Part shown: positions 33,091 to 40,649 of the stretch, one piece after another
Layout of the letters: the number at the start of each line of letters is the position of its first letter
Position numbering within the stretch: the first letter of the stretch is position 1
Virus record (IMG/VR): IMGVR_UViG_3300028914_000024
Coordinates: 1 to 41,426 of that record
DNA from: a virus
Reading direction: 5' to 3' (one strand)
Length of the DNA stretch: 41,426 nucleotides
The notes under the pieces: generated by a model
Told to the model about the DNA's origin: nothing
What the model saw: only the letters and a program-made list of their open reading frames with translations
The model's database searches: none
Program-made: the position numbers and the translations under genes

Positions 33091-33303
33091 CTTGCTAAAT
33101 TTATCTTTACCATCTAACTTGATTATTATTCTCCTGTTATTTTTACCTGACTTTGATTTTCTATTTACAACCCAAACAACAGAACGATAATAATTAAATG
33201 TACTTTTTTTTATATTCATTTCTTTGCATATTTCATCTTTTGTGCCTTCACATAAAAATTCATCACCTTTATACATAGCATATATATGTGGTCTATATTT
33301 CAT
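33082..33303 (-). CDS. Small HTH-like protein
   Basis: TKDEICKEMNIKKSTFNYYRSVVW helix-turn-helix-like segment. Confidence 0.5.
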   Translation of the reverse strand: MKYRPHIYAMYKGDEFLCEGTKDEICKEMNIKKSTFNYYRSVVWVVNRKSKSGKNNRRIIIKLDGKDKFSKLQ

Positions 33304-33569
33304 TATTCATTTACCATATAACAATTGTTTGCAGTTAATAAGTATGTTTTACCATTACTTTTTATTTGCAATTGTTCTCCATCATAGTCTTGCCAACTAT
33401 CAATAGCTAATTCTATTTTTTCAGCACCATAATAGCATACCACTTTATCATAATTATATTCTAAATCAATTATTTGCTTATTACAACCTGATAAAAATAA
33501 TAAGCAAAATACTGCTACAAGTAAAATACTTATATATGTTATAAATTTCTTATTTTTAAATATTTTCAT
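33303..33569 (-). CDS. Lipoprotein
   Basis: Signal peptide with lipobox: MKIFKNKKFITYISILLVAVFCLLFLSGC. Confidence 0.75.
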   Translation of the reverse strand: MKIFKNKKFITYISILLVAVFCLLFLSGCNKQIIDLEYNYDKVVCYYGAEKIELAIDSWQDYDGEQLQIKSNGKTYLLTANNCYMVNE

Positions 33570-33886
33570 TATTTCTCTCCTTTTTCATCTTCAATTAAAT
33601 AACTTATTAATTCAATTTTAAATGTTGGTTCAAGTGGTCTATTCATAACTAATTGACCCTTAATATCTCTATAGCTATCATAAATATAATCACATTGAAC
33701 TGAACCTAAATAACAATATAATATTTTTCCCATATATTTTAATTTAACTTTGTATTCCTCTATCATTCCATATTGGTCTATATGATAATATTCTCTACAA
33801 AATGGGCAACGATAAACACCATTCTCTATTTTATCATAATTTATACTAGCACCACAATTTAAGCATTTATCTTGTTTTAATATCAT
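33569..33886 (-). CDS. Zinc-ribbon protein
   Basis: CLNCGAS...RCPFC. Confidence 0.6.
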   Translation of the reverse strand: MILKQDKCLNCGASINYDKIENGVYRCPFCREYYHIDQYGMIEEYKVKLKYMGKILYCYLGSVQCDYIYDSYRDIKGQLVMNRPLEPTFKIELISYLIEDEKGEK

Positions 33887-34128
33887 TATTTATTCTCCTT
33901 TAGTTCTTGTAATTCTTTTTTTAAATTACTTGTATCTAAACTTGCATAATTATATAAATACCATATTTTGTTTTCTAATTCATCTATAATATTATTTAAT
34001 CTTTCTATTTCTTGTTGTTGTTCACCAATAATATATTTGTCTTTTTCTAATTGTTCTTTTAAATAATCTTTATATAATTCTTCTCCATATCTTTCTTCCA
34101 TATTTTCAGTATCTATAAATATATTCAT
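33886..34128 (-). CDS. Hypothetical coiled-coil protein
   Basis: 80-aa ORF coupled to neighbours. Confidence 0.55.
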   Translation of the reverse strand: MNIFIDTENMEERYGEELYKDYLKEQLEKDKYIIGEQQQEIERLNNIIDELENKIWYLYNYASLDTSNLKKELQELKENK

Positions 34129-34391
34129 TCTTTATCATTTCCTTGTAATATGTTTAATAACTCATCAGGTCTAGGAAAATAATACATATTTTTCTTTACC
34201 CATTCTGTTGCTTTATCTATTTTTTGCCAACACCTTGCCATTTCTATTTGCATATTTTGGTTATTTTCTTTTAATTGTTCAATTTCTTTATTTATTTTTT
34301 GTAATTCAATATGTTCCCAATAAAATTGATTAAGTATGTTTTTTCTACTACTATCTTTCCATACATATTCAAAATCTTCTTTACTTATCAT
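34125..34391 (-). CDS. Hypothetical protein
   Basis: 88-aa ORF coupled to neighbours. Confidence 0.55.
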   Translation of the reverse strand: MISKEDFEYVWKDSSRKNILNQFYWEHIELQKINKEIEQLKENNQNMQIEMARCWQKIDKATEWVKKNMYYFPRPDELLNILQGNDKE

Positions 34392-34594
34392 TATTTATTT
34401 TCCTCGTAACCAAAATTTTTTTTATAATCAAAACTTTTAAATGTTTCTAATAATGCATCTAAATTTTTACCTTCATTTGATAAATTAAATATTAATAAAC
34501 AAGTTAACAAATATAAGTTATTGAATTTATCTTCTTTTGTTTCTATCTTATCAATATCTCTAATTATTTTTTTATATATTTTATAAAATTGCAT
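34391..34594 (-). CDS. Hypothetical protein
   Basis: 67-aa ORF. Confidence 0.5.
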   Translation of the reverse strand: MQFYKIYKKIIRDIDKIETKEDKFNNLYLLTCLLIFNLSNEGKNLDALLETFKSFDYKKNFGYEENK

Positions 34595-34606
34595 TTTATA
34601 CCTCCA

Positions 34607-34792
34607 CTATCTCAATATTTGTATAATCACATTAAAAACAAGCATAAAACAAAGTGCTATATTCATTTTTAAGCAATAATCTAAATAATTCCCATTTTTT
34701 ATTAATTCTATTATATTTCTTATTGTAAAATATAGCCAAAAAATTAAACTAATACACCACAATATAATAAATATAATTTTTAGTGTTGACAT
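34607..34792 (-). CDS. Small membrane protein (2 TM)
   Basis: LKIIFIILWCISLIFWLYF and ALCFMLVFNVIIQIL. Confidence 0.55.
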   Translation of the reverse strand: MSTLKIIFIILWCISLIFWLYFTIRNIIELIKNGNYLDYCLKMNIALCFMLVFNVIIQILR

Positions 34793-34794
34793 TA

Positions 34795-35166
34795 TTATAC
34801 CTCCTCAATTTCTATTCCATATTTCCAAGCCATTAGCTTCTTTTTCAGCAAATATTCTTTTGTCTTAAATCCTTTTGTATCAACTATGTGATATTTACCA
34901 TCTGGTGTCTTATATACAAAATCGGCTATGTATTTAGTTTTACGATATGTTTTGTTATTTAGCTTAAATGTTTCTATTAAAACAAATTCAACTTGTCTTT
35001 GCAATTCACTTATTTTGCCTAATTTTTGCATATTCTCTAAATTTATGTACCAATTCATTTCTTTAATACTATCAAATTTGATGCCTTTATATTCACATTT
35101 TTTGTTATGGTATTTATTCGTCAAATATGTTTTTCCTGCCCTTAAAGGCGGATATACTAACTTCAT
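34795..35166 (-). CDS. DUF1064-family nuclease (resolvase-like)
   Basis: KFDSIKEMNWYINLENMQKLGKISELQRQVEFVL...YIADFVY...IVDTKGFKTKEYLLKKKL matches the DUF1064 pattern. Confidence 0.7.
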   Translation of the reverse strand: MKLVYPPLRAGKTYLTNKYHNKKCEYKGIKFDSIKEMNWYINLENMQKLGKISELQRQVEFVLIETFKLNNKTYRKTKYIADFVYKTPDGKYHIVDTKGFKTKEYLLKKKLMAWKYGIEIEEV

Positions 35167-35471
35167 AAATAGTTCCTTCCGTATCTCTCTATAAAATCCT
35201 CAATTGTTTTGTCATTCGTTATGCACCATACTGTTTCCCCCAACTCTTTTAACCATAGCCATTCTCTAGGGCTTTTATGTATTGAGTTTTTACCCGTTCT
35301 ATGTTTCTCAGGTGTTGTAAATATTACTAAGCCATCTTCTATAGATTTATTTCGGTTTCCCGTTCTACCCTCAAATATTTCGTGCCTCTCACTACCTGGA
35401 AATCTATAATTCAAAAAGTAAGGTGGTTTTGAGGGCATTATACAATACTCATTGGTCGTTGAACTCTTCAT
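35163..35471 (-). CDS. Degenerate HNH/NinG-like small protein
   Basis: ERHEIFEGRTGNRNKSIEDGLVIFTTPEKHRTGKNSIH resembles the HH...N...H beta-beta-alpha-Me pattern but lacks the Zn cysteines. Confidence 0.3.
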   Translation of the reverse strand: MKSSTTNEYCIMPSKPPYFLNYRFPGSERHEIFEGRTGNRNKSIEDGLVIFTTPEKHRTGKNSIHKSPREWLWLKELGETVWCITNDKTIEDFIERYGRNYL

Positions 35472-35922
35472 ACTTTATACTCTCCATTTTTTTCTTTAGT
35501 GCATTTGTTTTTGTTTCTAGTGTGTCATAGGCATTTTTAAATCTTTTTAAAAAACATTCTTGGTCAGCTAACTTGTTTATATCGTCTTTGCTTTTCCAAG
35601 TTGCTAGTGCTTCAAAATAACTTATTGCAGGTGGTTTCCCGTCTGCATCCGCATTCCATTGTTTCCTTGCATCCACTTGATTAATAGCGGTATCAATTTG
35701 TATTTTTGTTTTCAGCTCTATAATTTCCCTTGTAAATCTAGCAATACACTCACCGCATATATACATCAAATTTGTGTATATCTCTATGTTATGAGCATAT
35801 TCATACATTGAGTTCGGCTCATCAATTAGCTTTTCGTATGTTTCTTGATACATCTGTTGCAATTTGCTATTTTGAACCTCTTTTATCTTAAAAGGGTTAA
35901 ACAAATATTGTTTCTCATTCAT
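35449..35922 (-). CDS. Hypothetical protein
   Basis: 157-aa ORF. Confidence 0.6.
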   Translation of the reverse strand: MNEKQYLFNPFKIKEVQNSKLQQMYQETYEKLIDEPNSMYEYAHNIEIYTNLMYICGECIARFTREIIELKTKIQIDTAINQVDARKQWNADADGKPPAISYFEALATWKSKDDINKLADQECFLKRFKNAYDTLETKTNALKKKMESIKYEEFNDQ

Positions 35923-35931
35923 AATTGTCTC

Positions 35932-36285
35932 CTAAAATGGCAATTCTAATTGGTCATCTAATTCTTCAACAGTGATGCTATTGCCAAAATTAGCATATGG
36001 GTCGTCTTTTTTTTCTTCTTTTTTTGTTTCAGTTTCGGTTGTAAATTCTTGTATTACTATATACCAACTTTCTTTTTTATCTTCAGTTTTATAGAAACTT
36101 AAAAATCCTTTTGTAATTTTTATTTTTGTTTTATCGGCAATATTAACATCTTTTGGCAGTTTTACATCTATGTAGCCATTAATATATTTGCCATCTTTAT
36201 CGGTTTTTGATAAACCAGCTCTATAATACATTTTACCATTAAATTCTTTTGCAAATATCATTATATTATTACTTGTTATATTCAT
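35932..36285 (-). CDS. Short SSB-like protein with canonical acidic C-terminal tip
   Basis: Beta-rich core of about 80 aa, a K/E linker and a terminus DDQLELPF (compare bacterial SSB DDDIPF). Sits next to the annealase. Confidence 0.55.
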   Translation of the reverse strand: MNITSNNIMIFAKEFNGKMYYRAGLSKTDKDGKYINGYIDVKLPKDVNIADKTKIKITKGFLSFYKTEDKKESWYIVIQEFTTETETKKEEKKDDPYANFGNSITVEELDDQLELPF

Positions 36286-36646
36286 TATTTATCACCTCTA
36301 TTATTTCACTAACTTTATCAACTAAAATATTGTGTCTGTTTATTATTTCTCTTATTTTTCTATCTTTATCTTGTTCATTTAAAAGATATTCTTTATCAAT
36401 ATATGCTAAATTTATATTTTCTATTTTCTTATTTTCTTCTAATATTTCTACTTCTTCATTTAACCAATCTCTATCATCATCATATAATCTAGGCAAATCC
36501 GTTAAATATTTATAATTTTCTTCATCTTCGGTATTCAAATAAGCATTATGATTTAAACATTTTTCAAAAATACGATATTTTACTCTTATTTTTTCAGGTA
36601 TTTCTTCCCCATTTGCTATTTTATTTAATAAATCTATTACTTCCAT
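36269..36646 (-). CDS. Hypothetical protein (paralog of 21493..21795 at the N-terminus)
   Basis: MEVIDLLNKIANGE N-terminus. Confidence 0.65.
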   Translation of the reverse strand: MEVIDLLNKIANGEEIPEKIRVKYRIFEKCLNHNAYLNTEDEENYKYLTDLPRLYDDDRDWLNEEVEILEENKKIENINLAYIDKEYLLNEQDKDRKIREIINRHNILVDKVSEIIEVINNEYNK

Positions 36647-36758
36647 AATTCACCTCTTTTTTTGCCTTATACGGTTTGTTTTACCCTTTCTAGTATATTT
36701 ATACTATTTTACTATTTTCGTGCAATGTACCCCCTTAAAATTAAGTCTAGGGGGCATT

Positions 36759-36941
36759 TTAGTAATCTCGTTCATCTTCATTTTTTAAAAACTCGTAATG
36801 TTCCTCTAAAATCTCGTAATCATCACATAATTCTTCAAATGCTCTATAAAATTCATCTAGTGTTATAAAATCTTTGTTATTAAAATATCTTTCAGCAACC
36901 CATTTTGCCATATCTTCGGTTCTAATATAAACTTCATCCAT
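36759..36941 (-). CDS. Small highly acidic protein
   Basis: 60 aa, 20 of them Asp/Glu. Coupled to the annealase gene (ATGA... overlap at 36941). Confidence 0.55.
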   Translation of the reverse strand: MDEVYIRTEDMAKWVAERYFNNKDFITLDEFYRAFEELCDDYEILEEHYEFLKNEDERDY

Positions 36942-37651
36942 TATTGTAACCTCTTATCTAAAAGTTCTATTGCCTCTTTAACTTGTTCATAAGTCATATT
37001 GTCATCACTATCGGCATTAAAATATTTATAAAATTTTTCTCTATCAAATTTGTCGTCTTTTTCTTCGTTAGCAACTATCATTTTTTTCATAGTTTCCGTT
37101 AGCTTAGTTAATTCCTTGTCTTTTTCTTTTGATAGTTGGCTAAATCTAATATGGTTTTTGTTATCACGAATAATTAAGTCTTTTATGTTGTCTTTTTCGT
37201 CATAGTCAATTATTTCTACCCAAAAGTATGTTTTAGTTGTATATTTGCCTTTGTCATTTTCAAAAAACTCTGGTTTATCTTTTACTCCCATATCTTTTCT
37301 AGGAAATGTAATAATACTAGGGCTTGAATAAAGTTCTCTACCTATGCCCCAATTAACACAGGCTCTTTTAAAACTATCACTTGCTAAGCCTTTTTCTTCT
37401 TCAGCAAAACTTTCTTTTCCTGTATCTTCTTTTGTTATCCATTGTGACTTTTCAGCATCCCAAATTGATACAATGCAATTTGCATTATCTCTTGTATGCT
37501 CTCTTTTCCAATTCATTGCCCCTACTGTCTCGTCTAGGATGTTCATATCGCATCTTGCATCTTTGTACAACAACATCGTGCAATAATTACTTGCTATTTG
37601 ATTAATTCTTACATCAATCTCATCAGCTCTTAAATTTCTAAACATTTTCAT
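36941..37651 (-). CDS. Rad52/Sak-type single-strand annealing protein
   Basis: LLYKDARCDMNILDETVGAMNWKRE...KGLASDSFKRACVNWGIGRELY is the Rad52-type SSAP signature. Confidence 0.75.
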   Translation of the reverse strand: MKMFRNLRADEIDVRINQIASNYCTMLLYKDARCDMNILDETVGAMNWKREHTRDNANCIVSIWDAEKSQWITKEDTGKESFAEEEKGLASDSFKRACVNWGIGRELYSSPSIITFPRKDMGVKDKPEFFENDKGKYTTKTYFWVEIIDYDEKDNIKDLIIRDNKNHIRFSQLSKEKDKELTKLTETMKKMIVANEEKDDKFDREKFYKYFNADSDDNMTYEQVKEAIELLDKRLQ

Positions 37652-37654
37652 TTT

Positions 37655-38842
37655 TTAATCTACCTCCTCAATGTCAAATATAGAAAATTGTTTTTGTTTT
37701 TGACCGCTTTTTTTATTAAAGCTAATCCCATCCAATTTATGTTTCATACTACAACCATCACACATAAAATGATTGTAACGCCCACAATAACTGTCAACAT
37801 AATCTTTAAACTTAGTCACTTTTTTAATTCTTAAATCACCATTGACACAATTAGCTACATTAGTTTGTGGCAACCAAATCTTTTCATCATCCGCTATTTT
37901 TTTATTGCCTAAATGCTCGGTTGTAAAATATGTTAAATTGTATTTTAAATAATTATCAAAGTTTTCGTTTATTGTATCAACACCACAACAACACCTTGAT
38001 TGGCTTAAATAATGTAAGTCATTATCACCAACACCAACTAAAGTTTTATCTAAATGCTTTTTTAATATTTCAATGTTTCTCGTTTTTGTTTGTACATCTA
38101 ATTCTAAGTTCCGCATAATTGATGTTCTTTTATATTTGTAAATTTCATCTTTAAATAATTCTTTTATTGTTGGATTGTCGGTATTGATTTTCAAATGTTC
38201 AATTGTAACATAACTGGCAATGCCATTTATTGTATCACACAACTCTATAGCTTTGTCAAGGTCTATTACAGGCTGTATTCTTATGCTACACCAAAAACCT
38301 TTTGACCTTAATTCTTTTAAAAAGTTTATTCTTTGAGTTGCGGTTGGGCTATTATCCTCGTACTTTTTTACCCACTCATCATCTTTACCAATTAAACTTA
38401 TTTGGAAACAATGAATGCTAGGGTCTAATATTTCCCAATATTCATTAGGCAAATAACATTGCTTAGTTGAAAATATCAATGGATAATTATACTTGTTGCT
38501 TAACTCAATTAATTTGTAATTTAATTTCAGTTTAAATTCTATAGGCTGAAAAGGGTCGGCTAACCCACCACAATGTATAGGTACTCTATGTCTTAATAAT
38601 TCAATAACAATGTTTGATGTTTTCTCGTTTGTTTCAAATGCCTTATAAAATAAATCTTTAATAATTTCAAATCGTGCATATGAATATTCAAAATCTTCTT
38701 GACCACCTATATGCCTTGCAAAACAATATTTACATCCAAAACTACAAAACTTATAAAAGTCTAGTCTAAATGGGTTACCACAAAATCTAAATTGACTGCT
38801 TAAAGCTAATGGGCTTTTATAATCGTCTTTAAGTTCTTTCAC
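37655..38842 (-). CDS. Radical SAM enzyme (SplB / COG1533 DNA-repair-photolyase-like architecture)
   Basis: CxxxCxxC at residues 33-40 (CSFGCKYC, nt 38723..38746), followed by FARH. Downstream GGLADPFQP and TIM-barrel-like periodicity. Extra C-terminal Cys clusters (CCCG, CDGC). Confidence 0.75.
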   Translation of the reverse strand: MKELKDDYKSPLALSSQFRFCGNPFRLDFYKFCSFGCKYCFARHIGGQEDFEYSYARFEIIKDLFYKAFETNEKTSNIVIELLRHRVPIHCGGLADPFQPIEFKLKLNYKLIELSNKYNYPLIFSTKQCYLPNEYWEILDPSIHCFQISLIGKDDEWVKKYEDNSPTATQRINFLKELRSKGFWCSIRIQPVIDLDKAIELCDTINGIASYVTIEHLKINTDNPTIKELFKDEIYKYKRTSIMRNLELDVQTKTRNIEILKKHLDKTLVGVGDNDLHYLSQSRCCCGVDTINENFDNYLKYNLTYFTTEHLGNKKIADDEKIWLPQTNVANCVNGDLRIKKVTKFKDYVDSYCGRYNHFMCDGCSMKHKLDGISFNKKSGQKQKQFSIFDIEEVD

Positions 38843-39404
38843 TTTCTACCTCCTCTGCATAACTATTTATCATAGCTTGTTCTGCTTCTTCTTTGCTTAA
38901 ATCTATTTCACCAAAATAGGCTTGTATTAATCTTTTCTTACCGCTGTTATCTGGCAACTTGTTTTTAATTAATTCTAACATTGCATCGTACTTATCCCAA
39001 AAATTTTGTTCACTCATATTTTCTAGTTGTTCTCTAGTAACATCTTTTTTTAAATATTTTTTCATTTCTCTAATGACATAATCAATGGCATTGCAACGTC
39101 TTATATGTTCATCATAGTTAAAATAATCTAATGCCTTACCACAATTAGCACATACGATAGTATATTTTCTTACCGCATCTTTATCTTTTGTTTTTAATAT
39201 ACCTGCTAATATGTAATTTAGTTTTGGTGGATAATCTCCATAGGTTTCACTTTTTAAATGTTTGTCTAGTCTCTCATTAACATCAGATGCATCATAATCT
39301 TTTAATTGCTTATACCATTCCTCAATTTTAAAATCGTCAACTATAAAATCGTTGTAATATTGTTTTATTCTTTTTAAAAACAAATTAGTTTCTTGTACTG
39401 TCAT
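38829..39404 (-). CDS. Helicase-loader-like replication protein (G39P-like N-terminus)
   Basis: FLKRIKQYYNDFIVDDFKIEEWYKQLKDYD pattern, CANCG zinc-ribbon-like element, and position after the replisome organizer. Confidence 0.45.
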   Translation of the reverse strand: MTVQETNLFLKRIKQYYNDFIVDDFKIEEWYKQLKDYDASDVNERLDKHLKSETYGDYPPKLNYILAGILKTKDKDAVRKYTIVCANCGKALDYFNYDEHIRRCNAIDYVIREMKKYLKKDVTREQLENMSEQNFWDKYDAMLELIKNKLPDNSGKKRLIQAYFGEIDLSKEEAEQAMINSYAEEVESERT

Positions 39405-40086
39405 TTTCGTATTTTTCCTCCAATCTTTTTATCATAGCCTCTTCGCTTTCTTGGTCGGTTGCAAATTCATCTTCCCATCTTTTATTTCTTAACCAAGTAT
39501 CAGGGTATGGTATAAATTGTCCGTTGTCTTTTTGCCACTCTTTAGTTTGCTTAAATCTTTCTAGTTGTTTTAACATAGTATTTAACATTTGCTCATTTGG
39601 TTTATTTTTTTCAAACCATTTTAAGCATTTTTGTTTGCTCACTTTCTTTGGATATGCCTTCCAAAATTGCTCAAAATGAGCATATATATTATATATACTA
39701 TTCTCTTCTATACTAATCTTATCTATACTATGTATACACTCCGTTTCCATTGTGTATACATTATTGTTGTCTAACTCTAATTTTTTTAGTTCTTTTTGAT
39801 GAATTGTTGGTTTAATTCTATCGTTTTGTAAGTAATTATTTAACCTCCAATGTCTTATTACAATCACACCGCTTTCAAAAGGAATAATAAATTTTTTACT
39901 TATTAAAACTTTTAAATCGTCTTGCTTTAAGCCCGTAAATAATAATATCTTTTTCCAATTATCAACAAAACCATCATCATCAGCTCTCATACCTAATTCA
40001 TAATATAATAATCTGCTTGATATGGGCATTTCTAAAAAATTGTCAGTATCAACAACATTTAAACTAAACATTCTTTTTTGTGCCAT
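39385..40086 (-). CDS. Phage replisome organizer (DnaD-like initiator)
   Basis: KRMFSLNVVDTDNFLEMPISSRLLYYELGMRADDDGFV is the hallmark replisome-organizer N-terminal domain. Confidence 0.85.
   Translation of the reverse strand: MAQKRMFSLNVVDTDNFLEMPISSRLLYYELGMRADDDGFVDNWKKILLFTGLKQDDLKVLISKKFIIPFESGVIVIRHWRLNNYLQNDRIKPTIHQKELKKLELDNNNVYTMETECIHSIDKISIEENSIYNIYAHFEQFWKAYPKKVSKQKCLKWFEKNKPNEQMLNTMLKQLERFKQTKEWQKDNGQFIPYPDTWLRNKRWEDEFATDQESEEAMIKRLEEKYENDSTRN
39681..39761. other. Candidate replication origin inside the replisome-organizer gene
   Basis: AT tract catatatattatatatac. CTATACT direct repeats (39708, 39723, plus a degenerate copy at 39694). 10-bp perfect inverted repeat ATGTATACAC-12 nt-GTGTATACAT (39730..39761). 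Confidence 0.4.
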
Positions 40087-40087
40087 A

Positions 40088-40285
40088 CTATCTTACCCTT
40101 TCAAAATAATCTTCAATTTCCGCATCTTGATTTAAAAACTTAGTTATACAATAAGCAACTAACTTACTGCAATCTTGTTTACCATTAACTATTCTAATTA
40201 ATGTGGGTGGTGTTATTCCAATATATTCAGCCACTTTTGTTTTGTTGAACATTTTCATAACATTCTTGTCTTTGAAATGCCACAT
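40088..40285 (-). CDS. Cro/XRE-like HTH regulator (start trimmed to the ATG at 40285)
   Basis: KTKVAEYIGITPPTLIRIVNGKQ HTH. GAAGGAGGT RBS. The longer ORF would begin upstream of the promoter -10. Confidence 0.7.
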   Translation of the reverse strand: MWHFKDKNVMKMFNKTKVAEYIGITPPTLIRIVNGKQDCSKLVAYCITKFLNQDAEIEDYFERVR

Positions 40286-40315
40286 TTTATCTACCTCCTT
40301 CAACTTTATAATATG

Positions 40316-40344
40316 ATTATATATCATTATAAATTGCTTGTCAA
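40316..40344 (-). promoter_or_regulatory. Consensus sigma-A promoter (early operon)
   Basis: Minus strand TTGACA-17 nt-TATAAT, both hexamers perfect. Confidence 0.8.
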
Positions 40345-40347
40345 TAC

Positions 40348-40372
40348 AAAAAAGAACTATTTTCTAGTTCTT
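40348..40372 (-). terminator. Intrinsic terminator ending the late operon
   Basis: Minus strand AAGAACUA-GAAAA-UAGUUCUU followed by U6. The stop codon of 40357..40641 is in the loop. Confidence 0.7.
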
Positions 40373-40641
40373 TCTAAAACCTTTTTATTTTCTCTTATTA
40401 TTTCCATTCGTCTATTATATTCATCACGATTATCTAACTCTAATTTATGTAATTCTCTATGTGTTTCCTCTGTTAGTAAAAAACTTTCTTCGTATATTGT
40501 ATGTTTAGTAAGACGGAATGGCGGGTCGTGATGAAGTACCAATTTTTCTTTTTCAAATATTTGCATATTGTACATATCCACACGACCACATTTTAAGAAT
40601 AATTGAACCTTTACTGCTTTTGCACCAGGTCTTTTACTCAT
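40357..40641 (-). CDS. Small HNH-like protein
   Basis: LVLHHDPPFRL...LLTEETHRELH resembles an HNH core but has only one Cys. Confidence 0.35.
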   Translation of the reverse strand: MSKRPGAKAVKVQLFLKCGRVDMYNMQIFEKEKLVLHHDPPFRLTKHTIYEESFLLTEETHRELHKLELDNRDEYNRRMEIIRENKKVLERTRK

Positions 40642-40649
40642 AACCCTCC

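Noticed and set aside
36725-36752. Hairpin CCCCCU-13 nt-AGGGGG after ORF 36759..36941 as a terminator
   Set aside because: No U-tract follows it on the minus strand. It may be an RNA stability or processing element, but there is no support for calling it a terminator.
33082-40344. Lysogeny module (integrase, CI-type repressor, divergent promoters, attP)
   Set aside because: No tyrosine or serine recombinase-like ORF is present, no divergently transcribed regulator is present, and all genes are on one strand. The lifestyle cannot be proven from sequence, but no lysogeny genes are present to annotate.
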